The position numbers were made by a program, and so were the translations under genes. A DNA stretch of 64,000 nucleotides, from positions 16,291 through 80,290 of the forward strand of contig URIX01000001.1 in assembly GCA_900547975.1 (NCBI GenBank). The letters are read 5' to 3'. This DNA comes from an uncultured Eubacteriales bacterium (lineage in GTDB: Bacteria > Bacillota > Clostridia > Christensenellales > CAG-917). The notes below the pieces were generated by a model. It searched no databases, was not told the origin of the DNA, and saw nothing but the letters and a program-made list of their open reading frames with translations. Positions 29,322 to 38,904 of this stretch are shown one piece after another (position 1 is the first letter of the stretch; the number at the start of each line of letters is the position of its first letter).

Positions 29322-31424
29322 TCAGCGTGCGTTTTCGATGCGGATTTTCATAGGTTTGCAAGGCATATTTTCAAGCGATTTCAAATCCGTTTGCTGTTCG
29401 TTCACCTCGATGTTTGCTTCGCTCACGTTTGCAAAAGACACGGTTAGACGCTCGGTTTTTACGTTTTCGGGAATGATTATCAAATCGTACCCGTTCTCGT
29501 CCTTTCTCATTGCGACGGATATTTTGCCTTGCTCGTCGAACATCGTGTAAACGTTGTTTCCGAGATAAATTTTGAGTTCTATATCCTTAAACTCGGTCGA
29601 GTTATTGTCCTGATTGAGCAACGGTATAATCGCGCCCTCTTTGACGAACACTGGGTATTTGTCGAGCGGATATTCTCTTTGATATTCCTTTCCGCCCTCG
29701 AATCTTTCGCCCGTGAAGAAGTCGAACCATACGCCGCTCGGAAGCCAAAATTTTTGCTTCGCTACGCCGTTTTTGCCCTTGTGCGTGACGGGGCAAACGT
29801 ACATTTGTACGCCGAAATAGTATTGATTGCGCCACTTTTTGTCGTATGCGCGGCTATCTTGCGAATAGTAATACGTCGGGCAAACGAGCGGAACGCCCTC
29901 TGTTGCAGTCTTCACGTTTGCCGTGTACAAGTACGGCAAAAGTCTGTGGCGCAGGCGCAAAAAGTCCTCTGCTATCGTTTCTACTTGCGTGTAATTCCAC
30001 GGCTCTTTGCTCATGCCTTTGTTGCTTGAATGCAGGCGGTTTATCGGCGAGAACACGCCGTATTGCAACCACCTCAAATACAGTTCGTTGTCACCCTTGC
30101 CGAAAAGGTGTCCGCCTATGTCGTGCGACCACCAAGTGTAGCCTGCGTTGGAAGCGAGCGCGGTGAAATAGGGTTGGAATTTCAAACTGTTCCAGCACAC
30201 GAAAGTATCCCCCGAAAAACCGAGCGGATATCGGTGCGAGCCGAGTCCCGCGTATCTTGAAAGAATCACGCTGCCCCTCCCGTCGCGATTTATGTCGAGC
30301 GTATGATAGTGGTTGAGAAGCCAAAGCGGGTCGAGATTCTTCATTTTGGACTTTGTGCCTTGCTGCCAGTCTATCCACCAAAAATCAACGCCCATCTTTT
30401 CGTACGGATGGTGCAAAATATCGAAATACGCATTGCGGAATTTCTCGTCTGTGAGGTCAAATTCGAGCGTGCGCTTGGTTTGCGGGTCGACGCCGAGCGC
30501 GCGGCACATTTCGGGGTATTGTTCCTCGAAATAGCGAACGCCGTCGCGGGGGTGCAAGTTCATCGTGACCGCAAGATTGCGGCTTTTGAGGTTTTGCAAA
30601 AATCCTTCGGGGTCGGGGAACAATTCCTTTTCAAACGTATATCCCGTCCACCCTGCGCCTTGAAAGGATTTGTATTCGGCGTCCTTTGGCACGTTGTTGA
30701 CGATGTGCCAGTCCATATCTATCGTTGCGACTGTCAAAGGTATGTTCTTTTGCTCGAATTTATCCATAAGTTCGAGATACTCTTTATCTGTGTAGGCGTG
30801 ATAGCGCGACCACCAGTTGCCCAGAACGTACTTGGGCAAAAGCGGCGTAAATCCCGAAAGCGAATAAAACTCTTTGAGTCCGCCGAGATAATCCTTTCCG
30901 AACGCGAAAACGTACTTGTCTTTCGTCGCCGCGGGACGAGGCGAAACGCTGCCGTCGACATTGAGAATAACCGACGCCGAATCGTCTATTTCGCTCACGC
31001 CGTTCAAAGCGAATATGCCTTTTCTTATGTGTGCAAGGCAAAAATGGTCTTTCTTTTCACTTCTGCCTTTCCAGCCGCCGAGCAATCCGAACGTACCGTC
31101 AAGCGTCCTTGCAGTGCCGCCGAGATTGAACGCGTTCGAGGGCGTCGCGCTCTCGCCGTTTTTGAAAGTGACCGACGTCGAAAGCGTCTTCGTGTTTACG
31201 TTGAAAAAACAAGTTTCCGTCTCAATCGACACTTCATCGCCGTTTATTGCATACTTAAACTGCGGATTTGCGTAATCTCTGCAAAATGCGAATTGCGTGC
31301 GATTGTCCGTAAAACTACCCTTTTCTATACGCAACGTTCTTGGCGAAAGCACGCTTATTCGCACGTTGCCGACAATAATCGTATTCTCTTTTTTACACGG
31401 TGCGAGTTCTTGCGAAAATCTCAT
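29322..31424 (-). CDS. Glycoside hydrolase, probably family 31
   Basis: 700 aa. GVDFWWIDWQQG-type catalytic-region motif and overall layout. The family call is tentative. Confidence 0.6.
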   Translation of the reverse strand: MRFSQELAPCKKENTIIVGNVRISVLSPRTLRIEKGSFTDNRTQFAFCRDYANPQFKYAINGDEVSIETETCFFNVNTKTLSTSVTFKNGESATPSNAFNLGGTARTLDGTFGLLGGWKGRSEKKDHFCLAHIRKGIFALNGVSEIDDSASVILNVDGSVSPRPAATKDKYVFAFGKDYLGGLKEFYSLSGFTPLLPKYVLGNWWSRYHAYTDKEYLELMDKFEQKNIPLTVATIDMDWHIVNNVPKDAEYKSFQGAGWTGYTFEKELFPDPEGFLQNLKSRNLAVTMNLHPRDGVRYFEEQYPEMCRALGVDPQTKRTLEFDLTDEKFRNAYFDILHHPYEKMGVDFWWIDWQQGTKSKMKNLDPLWLLNHYHTLDINRDGRGSVILSRYAGLGSHRYPLGFSGDTFVCWNSLKFQPYFTALASNAGYTWWSHDIGGHLFGKGDNELYLRWLQYGVFSPINRLHSSNKGMSKEPWNYTQVETIAEDFLRLRHRLLPYLYTANVKTATEGVPLVCPTYYYSQDSRAYDKKWRNQYYFGVQMYVCPVTHKGKNGVAKQKFWLPSGVWFDFFTGERFEGGKEYQREYPLDKYPVFVKEGAIIPLLNQDNNSTEFKDIELKIYLGNNVYTMFDEQGKISVAMRKDENGYDLIIIPENVKTERLTVSFANVSEANIEVNEQQTDLKSLENMPCKPMKIRIENAR

Positions 31425-31712
31425 ATTTCCTCCGTCCTGCCCTTATTTGGCACAGGATATTATTCTTCTGAAATATGATACCAAGCAAGCGGCAAAGTGT
31501 CAATACCAAAGGCGATTTATACGTCGTTTTTTGCGACGTTTTTTTTGTATTATTTTGTCTCGTTTTTATATCGTTTGCGTGTTGTTTTTACGCAGTGTTA
31601 CACAGCGATTAATATGCGTTTTGCCGTCGCTTGCAATAGTCTTATACTCGGTTATATATAAACGAACCGCCTAAAAAGCACCTTGCTTAGGCGCATTGCA
31701 TATACATATGAT

Positions 31713-33437
31713 ATGTGCGGAATTATTGGCTACGTCGGCTTTCAAAGTGCCGAGAAAATCGTGCTTGACGGGTTGAAAACTCTTGAATATCGAGGCTATG
31801 ACAGCGCGGGTATCGCCGCGATTTCGGACGAGAAAATCAAGGTGTTCAAAGCAGTCGGGCGCGTCGAATTGCTCGAAAGAAAAGTTCCCGCCCTTTCCGC
31901 GCAAGCGGGAATCGGGCATACGAGGTGGGCAACTCACGGCAAGGTATGCGAGAAAAACGCACACCCGCATTTGTCGTTCGACGGCAAAATCGCCGTTGCG
32001 CACAACGGCGTGATAAGCAACGCCGAAGAACTCAAAGCCGAACTGTCCGAAAAAGGAATAACGTTTTCGTCGGATACGGACAGCGAAATCATCGCACATA
32101 TGCTTGCGCTCGAAACTTGCGATATGTCGGCGGCAATCGAAAACGTCGGAAAACGCCTTGAAGGCGCAACGACGTTTCTTGCCATAAAAGAGGGCGAAAA
32201 CGCGATTTATCTAAGACGGTGCGGCGCATCGCTTGCGGTGGGACTCGGCAAAGGCGAAAACTTCGTTGCGAGCGATACGCTCGCGCTTGGCAAATACACG
32301 CAGAATATAGTGGTTTTGAGCGACGGCGAATGTGCAAAAATCGCCGCCGATTCCACAGAGTTTTTTAAGGACGGCGAAAAGCAAATCAAAAAGCCTATCA
32401 AAGTCAAGCGCACCGCCCCGAAAGAATGTTCTTGTCATATGCGCTCGGAAATCGACGAAATACCGCGCGCGCTAATCAGAACGTACAAAAGCATCGTCAA
32501 AAACGTTGACGAAAAATTGATAGAAGACTTGAAAAACGCCGAAAAAATCGTGTTTTGCGGTTGCGGCACGGCGTATCACGCCGGATTGTACGGAAAAGAC
32601 GTCTTTGAGCGACTTTTGAGTATTCCGTGCGTATGCGAAGTTGCAAGCGAGTTTTCGGGCGTAAGGTTTTTAACAAAAAACACCGTCGGGATTTTCATAA
32701 CGCAAAGCGGGGAAACGGCGGACACGATTCTCGCGCTCAAACGTTGCAAAGAGTCAGGCGCAAAAACGGTTGCGCTGACAAACGTCGAGGCAAGCAGCAT
32801 AACCTTCGAGGCGGACAAAACGCTGTATCTCAACGCTGACGCGGAAGTTGCCGTGGCGGCGACGAAATCCTACGTTTGCCAACTGCTCGCGCTGTACGTC
32901 ATCGCAAAAACCTGCCTCGGGCAAACGCCGCCAAAAAGCAAAATATCCGCACTTGTGCAAGATGTGCGCATTGCGAGCGCGCAGTCGCTGTACGAAGAAA
33001 AAATCAAAAAAGCGAATCTGTTTTTCATCGGCAAGGGGCTCGACTTCGTGACAGCGAGAGAGGGCGCGTTGAAGTTTAAGGAAATCACCTACAAAATGAC
33101 GGACGCGTATCAGTCGGGCGAACTCAAACACGGCACGATTGCCCTCATAGATTCAAAGAGCGTAGTCACCGTGATTGCGACGAATCCGCAAGACAAAGAC
33201 CGCACGGCGGCAAGCGTGAGCGAATTGAAATCGAGGGGCGCGGACGTCATTGCGCTAACGTCGATAGGCGACGTCGGTGCAAGCAAGACGTTCGTTTTGC
33301 CCGATTGCAAGGACGAATTGCTGTACCCGATTTTGTCGGTCATTCCCCTTCAATCGCTTGCGCTGACAACCTCGCTTTGTATGGGACTAAACCCCGACAA
33401 ACCGAGAAATCTCGCAAAGAGCGTAACCGTTATATAA
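31713..33437 (+). CDS. glmS: Glutamine--fructose-6-phosphate aminotransferase
   Basis: MCGIIGYVG N-terminal Cys nucleophile. SIS motifs GCGTAYHAG and ITQSGETADT. C-terminus KPRNLAKSVTVI. Confidence 0.95.
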   Translation: MCGIIGYVGFQSAEKIVLDGLKTLEYRGYDSAGIAAISDEKIKVFKAVGRVELLERKVPALSAQAGIGHTRWATHGKVCEKNAHPHLSFDGKIAVAHNGVISNAEELKAELSEKGITFSSDTDSEIIAHMLALETCDMSAAIENVGKRLEGATTFLAIKEGENAIYLRRCGASLAVGLGKGENFVASDTLALGKYTQNIVVLSDGECAKIAADSTEFFKDGEKQIKKPIKVKRTAPKECSCHMRSEIDEIPRALIRTYKSIVKNVDEKLIEDLKNAEKIVFCGCGTAYHAGLYGKDVFERLLSIPCVCEVASEFSGVRFLTKNTVGIFITQSGETADTILALKRCKESGAKTVALTNVEASSITFEADKTLYLNADAEVAVAATKSYVCQLLALYVIAKTCLGQTPPKSKISALVQDVRIASAQSLYEEKIKKANLFFIGKGLDFVTAREGALKFKEITYKMTDAYQSGELKHGTIALIDSKSVVTVIATNPQDKDRTAASVSELKSRGADVIALTSIGDVGASKTFVLPDCKDELLYPILSVIPLQSLALTTSLCMGLNPDKPRNLAKSVTVI

Positions 33438-33518
33438 CAAAAGCACAGAAGCGACACAGACAAAAAAATACAATATATTTATGAAAAAAAGGCAACCGAT
33501 AACGTTGCATAACATACA

Positions 33519-33546
33519 AAAAACGGCACTTTATTTGCCGTTTTTG
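33519..33546. terminator. Bidirectional terminator between glmS and the Sir2 gene
   Basis: aaacggca/tgccgttt stem flanked by an A-run and a T-run. Confidence 0.7.
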
Positions 33547-33570
33547 TATATATAAACATCGGATATTGCG

Positions 33571-34335
33571 TTATAGATTCAGATTCTTATCGAGCCACTC
33601 TGCGACCTTCCCGCAATCCTCGTTAATCAAAATGTCCGCTTGCGAATCGAAATAAGTGCTTGATTTGTTTATCACCGCCGTGACGTCGCCCGTAAAATAT
33701 CCCACGAGCCCCGCGGCAGGATATACGACCAAAGACGTACCGACGACTATGAGCATATCCGCTCGCCGAATGGCTCCGATTGCGCTGCGCAAAACTCGCT
33801 CGTCGAGGTTCTCGCCGTACAAGACAACTTCGGGTTTTATTATGCCGCCGCACTCGTCGCAATGCGGCACGCCATCGTGCGATACTATATAATCCAAATC
33901 GAAAAACTTGTGGCAACGCTCGCACCTGTTGCGCTCAATCGAGCCGTGCAGTTCAAACACCTTTTCACTGCCTGCCGCTTGGTGCAAGCCGTCGATGTTT
34001 TGCGTGACTATTCCCTCGATTCTGCCTTCTTTTTCAAGCCTTGCCAAAAGCAAGTGCATTGCGTTGGGCTTTGCGTTTCGGTATATCATTTTGCTCTTGT
34101 AAAAGTCGTAAAACTCTTTGGGGTGCGAAAGGAAAAAGTCGTGCGAAATTACGGTTTCGGCAGGATAGTTTCCAAACGGCGTGGAATACAATCCGTGCGC
34201 ACTGCGAAAATCGGGTATGCCGCTCGGAACGGACGCACCCGCCCCCGTCAGCACGACTATGCGCCGTGACGTTTCGATTGCCGCTTTCAAATCGTTCAAC
34301 GCGGCTAATGTTCTGTCGCTAAACTCGTTTGCCAT
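33571..34335 (-). CDS. cobB: NAD-dependent protein deacylase (Sir2 family)
   Basis: [23 protein letters not shown], and zinc site CERC...CDECGG. Confidence 0.9.
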   Translation of the reverse strand: MANEFSDRTLAALNDLKAAIETSRRIVVLTGAGASVPSGIPDFRSAHGLYSTPFGNYPAETVISHDFFLSHPKEFYDFYKSKMIYRNAKPNAMHLLLARLEKEGRIEGIVTQNIDGLHQAAGSEKVFELHGSIERNRCERCHKFFDLDYIVSHDGVPHCDECGGIIKPEVVLYGENLDERVLRSAIGAIRRADMLIVVGTSLVVYPAAGLVGYFTGDVTAVINKSSTYFDSQADILINEDCGKVAEWLDKNLNL

Positions 34336-34368
34336 ATGCGTTTACCTTCCACGCCTAAATTATATCAC

Positions 34369-34397
34369 TTGAAAAACGGCAATACAAGTGGTATAAT
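34369..34397 (+). promoter_or_regulatory. Sigma-A promoter TTGAAA-17-TATAAT
   Basis: -35 at 34369-34374 and -10 at 34392-34397, followed by RBS GAGGTGA and the ATG at 34420. Confidence 0.65.
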
Positions 34398-34419
34398 TTC
34401 ATAATTGCGAGGTGAGTTT

Positions 34420-35607
34420 ATGTTCAACAAAGATATGTACGCGCTCGGAAGCAAACGCTCGTCGATAAGAGAGTTGTTCGAATACGGCAAACAACGCGCC
34501 GAGAAGGTCGGAAAAGAAAATGTGTTCGACTTTTCCCTCGGCAATCCCAACACGCCGTCTCCCGACTGCGTGAAAGAGGCGATTTTGTCGCTTGCAGACG
34601 AAAACCCCGTTGCGCTTCACGGCTACACATCGGCGCAAGGCGGAAAAGGCGTGAGAGAGGCGATTGCAAACAACATACGCCGCCGTTTCGGCGTTGACGT
34701 AAACAAGGATTATATCTATATGACTTGCGGTGCGGCGGCCTCACTCTGCATAACCATTCGCGCGCTCAACGAACGCAGCGACGAATTTGTTATACTCGCG
34801 CCGTACTTTCCCGAATACGAAGTTTTCATAAAAGCTGCCGGCGGAACGCCTATCGTCGTTCCATTTGACGAAAAGGACTTCACCCCGAATCTCGCCGCGC
34901 TCGAAAACGCGATAACCGAAAGAACGAAAGCAGTTATCGTCAATTCCCCCAACAATCCGAGCGGCGTTGTGTACTCTGCCGAAACCATTGCAAAAATATC
35001 CGATATTTTGAGCAAAAAAAGCGCGTTTTTCTCTCACCCGATTTTCATAATTTCGGACGAGCCGTATCGCGAACTTTCCTACGACGTCGAAGTGCCGTAT
35101 ATAACGAATTTTTACCACGACACAATCGTGTGTTACAGTTATTCAAAAAGTTTGTCGCTTCCCGGCGAGCGCATAGGTTATATCGCGGTAAATCCGAAAG
35201 CGAACGGCGCAAAAGACTTGTATCTTGCAATATGCGGCGCAGGTCGCGCACTCGGTTACGTTTGCGCCCCGAGCACGTATCAACGAGTGGTCGAAAAGTG
35301 CGTGGACTCTCTGCCCGACCTCGATTTTTACCGCACGAATCGCGACTTGCTTTATAACTCTTTGACGAAAACCGGTTACACATGCGTACGCCCCGACGGC
35401 GCGTTTTACCTTCTCGTCAAGGCACTCGAAGACGACGCAAACGTCTTTGCGGACAATGCGAAACGACTCGGATTGCTGCTCGTTCCGTGCGACGATTTCG
35501 GCGCGAAAGGCTACGTTCGTATTGCGTATTGCGTGAGCCTCGACGTCATAAAACGCTCTCTTCCCGCGTTTGAAAAATTATATAACGAGTACAAACAAAC
35601 TAATTAA
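34420..35607 (+). CDS. PLP-dependent class I/II aminotransferase (aspartate aminotransferase-like)
   Basis: SYSKSLSLPGERIGY lysine motif and NSPNNPSG. I chose the ATG at 34420 rather than the TTG at 34405. Confidence 0.85.
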   Translation: MFNKDMYALGSKRSSIRELFEYGKQRAEKVGKENVFDFSLGNPNTPSPDCVKEAILSLADENPVALHGYTSAQGGKGVREAIANNIRRRFGVDVNKDYIYMTCGAAASLCITIRALNERSDEFVILAPYFPEYEVFIKAAGGTPIVVPFDEKDFTPNLAALENAITERTKAVIVNSPNNPSGVVYSAETIAKISDILSKKSAFFSHPIFIISDEPYRELSYDVEVPYITNFYHDTIVCYSYSKSLSLPGERIGYIAVNPKANGAKDLYLAICGAGRALGYVCAPSTYQRVVEKCVDSLPDLDFYRTNRDLLYNSLTKTGYTCVRPDGAFYLLVKALEDDANVFADNAKRLGLLLVPCDDFGAKGYVRIAYCVSLDVIKRSLPAFEKLYNEYKQTN

Positions 35608-35635
35608 AATTGTGAATATCTATACTTTAGAGAAA

Positions 35636-35664
35636 CGAAAACGGCATTTTAAGTGCCGTTTTCG
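35636..35664. terminator. Bidirectional terminator
   Basis: acggca/tgccgt stem flanked by A/T runs, between convergent genes. Confidence 0.6.
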
Positions 35665-35735
35665 TAATTTTGCTATACTTTATTCATCTTTATGGGATTT
35701 TGTAAAACTTTGTTTATTTGCCGTTTTGTATCTCG

Positions 35736-37316
35736 TTAATTATTGAGATAGCCCGCCGCGATGTACTCTGCAAGGCAATCTCTCGGATAGGTCGTGTCGC
35801 CGAGCGTTTCCACCATAGTGAGTTTGTTGGGCGCATAGTCGGTGTTGTACGAATCGGTGACGATATAGTAATTATCGTTGAGTCCTTCGCCTCTTTCGAG
35901 TTTCGCCTTGACCTGCGCGCCGTACGAGCCGTACTCATAAATATAACTGTCGTTTCGGAAATAGCGTTTAAGCAAATTGTAGCCCGTGATTTTGCAAAGG
36001 TGCATTTCGTTGTCAAACGGGAACAAGGTTTGAATCTGCCTTATCGTGACGTCGCCTGCGGCGAGATAACCGGGATTTCTTACGTTGATATAGCCGCCTG
36101 CAAGCACTATGTCGTAGTCGTTGCCCCACACTTGCCGACCTTTCGCCAGGTACGCTTTTGCCATATAACTTCTAAGCATATCGTAACTCGTATAGTCGCT
36201 TATATGCCCTATCACTTTGTCGGGGTCGCCTATTTCGTCAGAGTATTTTTCAACGAGATTTTTGATTATATCGTTGCTTGCGGACTCGGAATAAACCTCG
36301 TTGCGCACAACGTCTACGGAAGTTGAAGATTTGCCGTTTGCATAGTTCACGGTTACGTCCGCGTGGGCGATTGCGTCGTTGTAGCCGCCCGCCTGAATAT
36401 GCTTGACGCCATAGCGGTCCACGAGCGTATACGTTCTGTGCGTATGTCCCTCGAACACGACGTTGACGTACCCGTTTGAAAGCGCGCTGTCGTACCAGTC
36501 CATATCCTTGTCGGATATATTTTGCATACTGTGACTGTTTCTTGCGTACCCGTCGTGAATGGACAACACGATATAGTCCGCGCCTTGCTTTTTCAATTTT
36601 TCGGACTCGCTTTTGATGAGTGCGGTGAGTTCGCTGCCCGTTTTGAAATACACGTCGCGGCACATACTTGCCGAAATCGACGAATAGCAATCCCCGATTG
36701 CGCCGATTATGCCGATTTTTGCACCGTCCTCGTTGACGAGCACCGACGATTGACAATACGGCGCGCGCTCGTTCGTTGCGTGTTCGTAAACGTTGATTGC
36801 CAAAAGCGGAAAGTTTGCAAGTTCGGCGTTTATTTTTATTTTGTCCGTTTTCCAGTCAAATTCGTGGTTGCCCAGAGTCATTGCCGAGCAATTCACGAAG
36901 TTGAGCCATTCGGTTGCGAGTCTGCCTTTGGTGTTGTTGGACTCGGCGCTTCCCTGCCACATATCTCCCGACGCGAGTAAAACGGAATTGCCGTTTGCCT
37001 GCTTGTCAAGAAGATACGTCGTCAACTCGTCAACGCCGGGTTGCGTGTCCGTGTCGACGTACATACCGTGCAAATCGTTGATTGCATAGAAGTCGATGTC
37101 AACGACAACGCCCTTTTTGCAAAGGTCGCACTTTCCGTCGTCGTTGCCGTCGATATGAACGCAATCGCCGTCCATATCGCGATAGCATTTGTCGCAAACG
37201 AGGTCGCCGTTTAAGTCGGAATGATTGCACTTGTTCTTTTCGCCGCACGCAACGAAAAGCGTGACGCAAATCGCCACGACAAGGAATAATGCGATTATCG
37301 AAAGTTTTTTCTTCAT
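35736..37316 (-). CDS. Lipoprotein of the metallophosphoesterase / 5'-nucleotidase family with a Cys/Asp-rich N-terminal module
   Basis: Lipobox LFVAC/GE. Motifs INDLHG, GDMWQGS, GNHEFD, GHTHR. ATG at 37316. Confidence 0.8.
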   Translation of the reverse strand: MKKKLSIIALFLVVAICVTLFVACGEKNKCNHSDLNGDLVCDKCYRDMDGDCVHIDGNDDGKCDLCKKGVVVDIDFYAINDLHGMYVDTDTQPGVDELTTYLLDKQANGNSVLLASGDMWQGSAESNNTKGRLATEWLNFVNCSAMTLGNHEFDWKTDKIKINAELANFPLLAINVYEHATNERAPYCQSSVLVNEDGAKIGIIGAIGDCYSSISASMCRDVYFKTGSELTALIKSESEKLKKQGADYIVLSIHDGYARNSHSMQNISDKDMDWYDSALSNGYVNVVFEGHTHRTYTLVDRYGVKHIQAGGYNDAIAHADVTVNYANGKSSTSVDVVRNEVYSESASNDIIKNLVEKYSDEIGDPDKVIGHISDYTSYDMLRSYMAKAYLAKGRQVWGNDYDIVLAGGYINVRNPGYLAAGDVTIRQIQTLFPFDNEMHLCKITGYNLLKRYFRNDSYIYEYGSYGAQVKAKLERGEGLNDNYYIVTDSYNTDYAPNKLTMVETLGDTTYPRDCLAEYIAAGYLNN

Positions 37317-37482
37317 AAGCACCCGCGCCGCGAAATATCGTCGAATATATCGCGTCCTATATTTTTTAATATATCCTATTTAATATACCGTAAATAAATA
37401 TACCACATTTAACAGGCAAAGTACAATATCCGAAAATATCCGATTTTGCTTAAAATGCGGAACTCACAACTCAAAAAAAGCC

Positions 37483-37519
37483 GAAAGCCCGATGTCATCA
37501 GGGTTTTTGTCGGGCTTTC
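37483..37519 (-). terminator. Orphan minus-strand terminator in a divergent intergenic region
   Basis: gaaagcccga/tcgggctttc 10-bp stem. The T-run is on the minus strand only. Confidence 0.55.
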
Positions 37520-37737
37520 AAAAAAGGGATAAACGTGGACAAACCACTATGTCGTCGAGCAAACGCTCGTTGAAAACGTCAGGACGCTTTGCGCATAAGG
37601 CTTATGCGCACGAACACGATTTTGCCGTCTTTGGTTGCGATTTGCGAATTGTTGACTCTCGATTGATTGTTGATATGCGTCATATAAAATTTCATTTTCT
37701 TTTTCCTTTGCAAGCGGCGTATATTTTGTTTTCTCTC

Positions 37738-37784
37738 TTGCTTGCAAGCATATGATATGCTATACTGTGTACCGAAATCGGTAC
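37738..37784 (+). promoter_or_regulatory. Promoter TTGCTT-17-TATACT with two inverted repeats (candidate operators)
   Basis: gcatat-g-atatgc (37748-37760) lies inside the spacer. gtaccga-aa-tcggtac (37769-37784) lies just after the -10. Confidence 0.5.
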
Positions 37785-37828
37785 ATCAAACGATTTTTAT
37801 AAAAAATTTTACGAAAAAGGAAAAGATT

Positions 37829-38812
37829 ATGGCACTCGAAGCGAAAAAGACTCTGATTATGCGAATATATCAAATTCTCGACGAATACAGCGACGAGGAA
37901 CACCCCTTGACCCAACAAAACATAATCGACATATTAGAGCGCGACTACGACATACCCTGCGAGAGAAAGGCGGTGGGCAGAAACGTGTCATATCTCAAGG
38001 AAATGGGATTCGACATCGAATCGACCGCAAACGGAACGTATCTTGCCTCGCGCAAACTCGAAAACGCCGAACTTCGACTTCTCATAGACAGCGTGCTTTC
38101 GTCGAGAAACGTCAATTCCACCCACTCGGAACAGTTGATAAACAAACTTATCGCGCTGGGCGGTCGCAACTTCAAATCCCACGTCAAGCACGTGTATTCC
38201 GTCAAGGAGTGGGACAAATCGGACAACAAGGCGTTTTTCTACAACATCGACGTCATAGACGAGGCTATCGAGCAAGGCAAGAAAATCAGTTTCAACTACA
38301 ACAAAATCGGGCTCGACAAAAAGTTGCACGTTTCAAAGCCGCACGTCGGCTCGCCATATCAAATGCTTCTGCACAATCAACGCTACTACCTTATGATGTT
38401 CGACGAAATGTTCGACGAGGTGGGATTCTATCGTATGGACAAAATCACCGACATCGAAGTGCTTGACGATAACTCAAAACCCTTGCGCGAGAATGTCGGA
38501 TTTGAAAAAGGCATAGATTATAAGCGTATCGCAACGTCTCTGCCGTATATGTACAACGACGCGCCCGTCGCGATAACCCTCAAATGCTGGATAGGTATGG
38601 CGGACACGCTCTACGACTGGTTCGGCACGAACTTCACCGCAAAGAAACTCGACGACAAATATTTCGTCGCGACTATCGTTGCAAGCGAGAAAGCTATGCT
38701 CTACTGGGTGCTGCAATACAACCGCAACGTCGAGGTGCTATCCCCCCTCGCTTTGCGCGAAAACGTGGTCGCAAAACTCAAAAAAACACTCGCTTTGTAT
38801 GAAAACGATTGA
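37829..38812 (+). CDS. WYL-domain transcriptional regulator (wHTH + WYL + WCX-like C-terminus)
   Basis: N-terminal wHTH IMRIYQILDEYSDEEHPLTQQNIIDIL. WYL-type core SPYQMLLHNQRYYLMMFDE..FYRMDKI. C-terminus VEVLSPLALRE. Confidence 0.8.
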   Translation: MALEAKKTLIMRIYQILDEYSDEEHPLTQQNIIDILERDYDIPCERKAVGRNVSYLKEMGFDIESTANGTYLASRKLENAELRLLIDSVLSSRNVNSTHSEQLINKLIALGGRNFKSHVKHVYSVKEWDKSDNKAFFYNIDVIDEAIEQGKKISFNYNKIGLDKKLHVSKPHVGSPYQMLLHNQRYYLMMFDEMFDEVGFYRMDKITDIEVLDDNSKPLRENVGFEKGIDYKRIATSLPYMYNDAPVAITLKCWIGMADTLYDWFGTNFTAKKLDDKYFVATIVASEKAMLYWVLQYNRNVEVLSPLALRENVVAKLKKTLALYEND

Positions 38813-38842
38813 TTTTTAATGTTTACATAATTCGCTTTTCGG

Positions 38843-38871
38843 TTGCTTTTCTTATCTAACACAACTATAAT
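38843..38871 (+). promoter_or_regulatory. Promoter TTGCTT-17-TATAAT
   Basis: Read directly, about 35 nt upstream of the ATG at 38905. Confidence 0.55.
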
Positions 38872-38904
38872 GCAAGCGGATTTGCAATCAAACGGTACAT
38901 TATT

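Noticed and set aside
29225-29345. Short direct duplication of the GH31 3' end (…gcgcaatcggcgtgcgttttt… versus …ggcgtaatcagcgtgcgttttcg…) and a possible L13 leader upstream of rplM.
   Set aside because: The ~25-bp imperfect duplication is too short to interpret. I cannot recognise a conserved ribosomal-protein leader structure by eye.
31430-31712. Looked for a glmS ribozyme upstream of glmS, which is common in Gram-positives.
   Set aside because: I could not find the conserved core (…AGCGCCAGAAC… / …GACGAGGA…). Only a short hairpin (gcctaa…ttaggc) lies next to the start. A covariance-model scan would be needed to be certain.
38813-38904. Possible fluoride riboswitch ahead of the ClC gene.
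   Set aside because: The leader is only ~35 nt after a good promoter and lacks the crcB-motif conserved segments. The channel also has a TrkA-C tail, which is not typical of fluoride-specific ClC-F.
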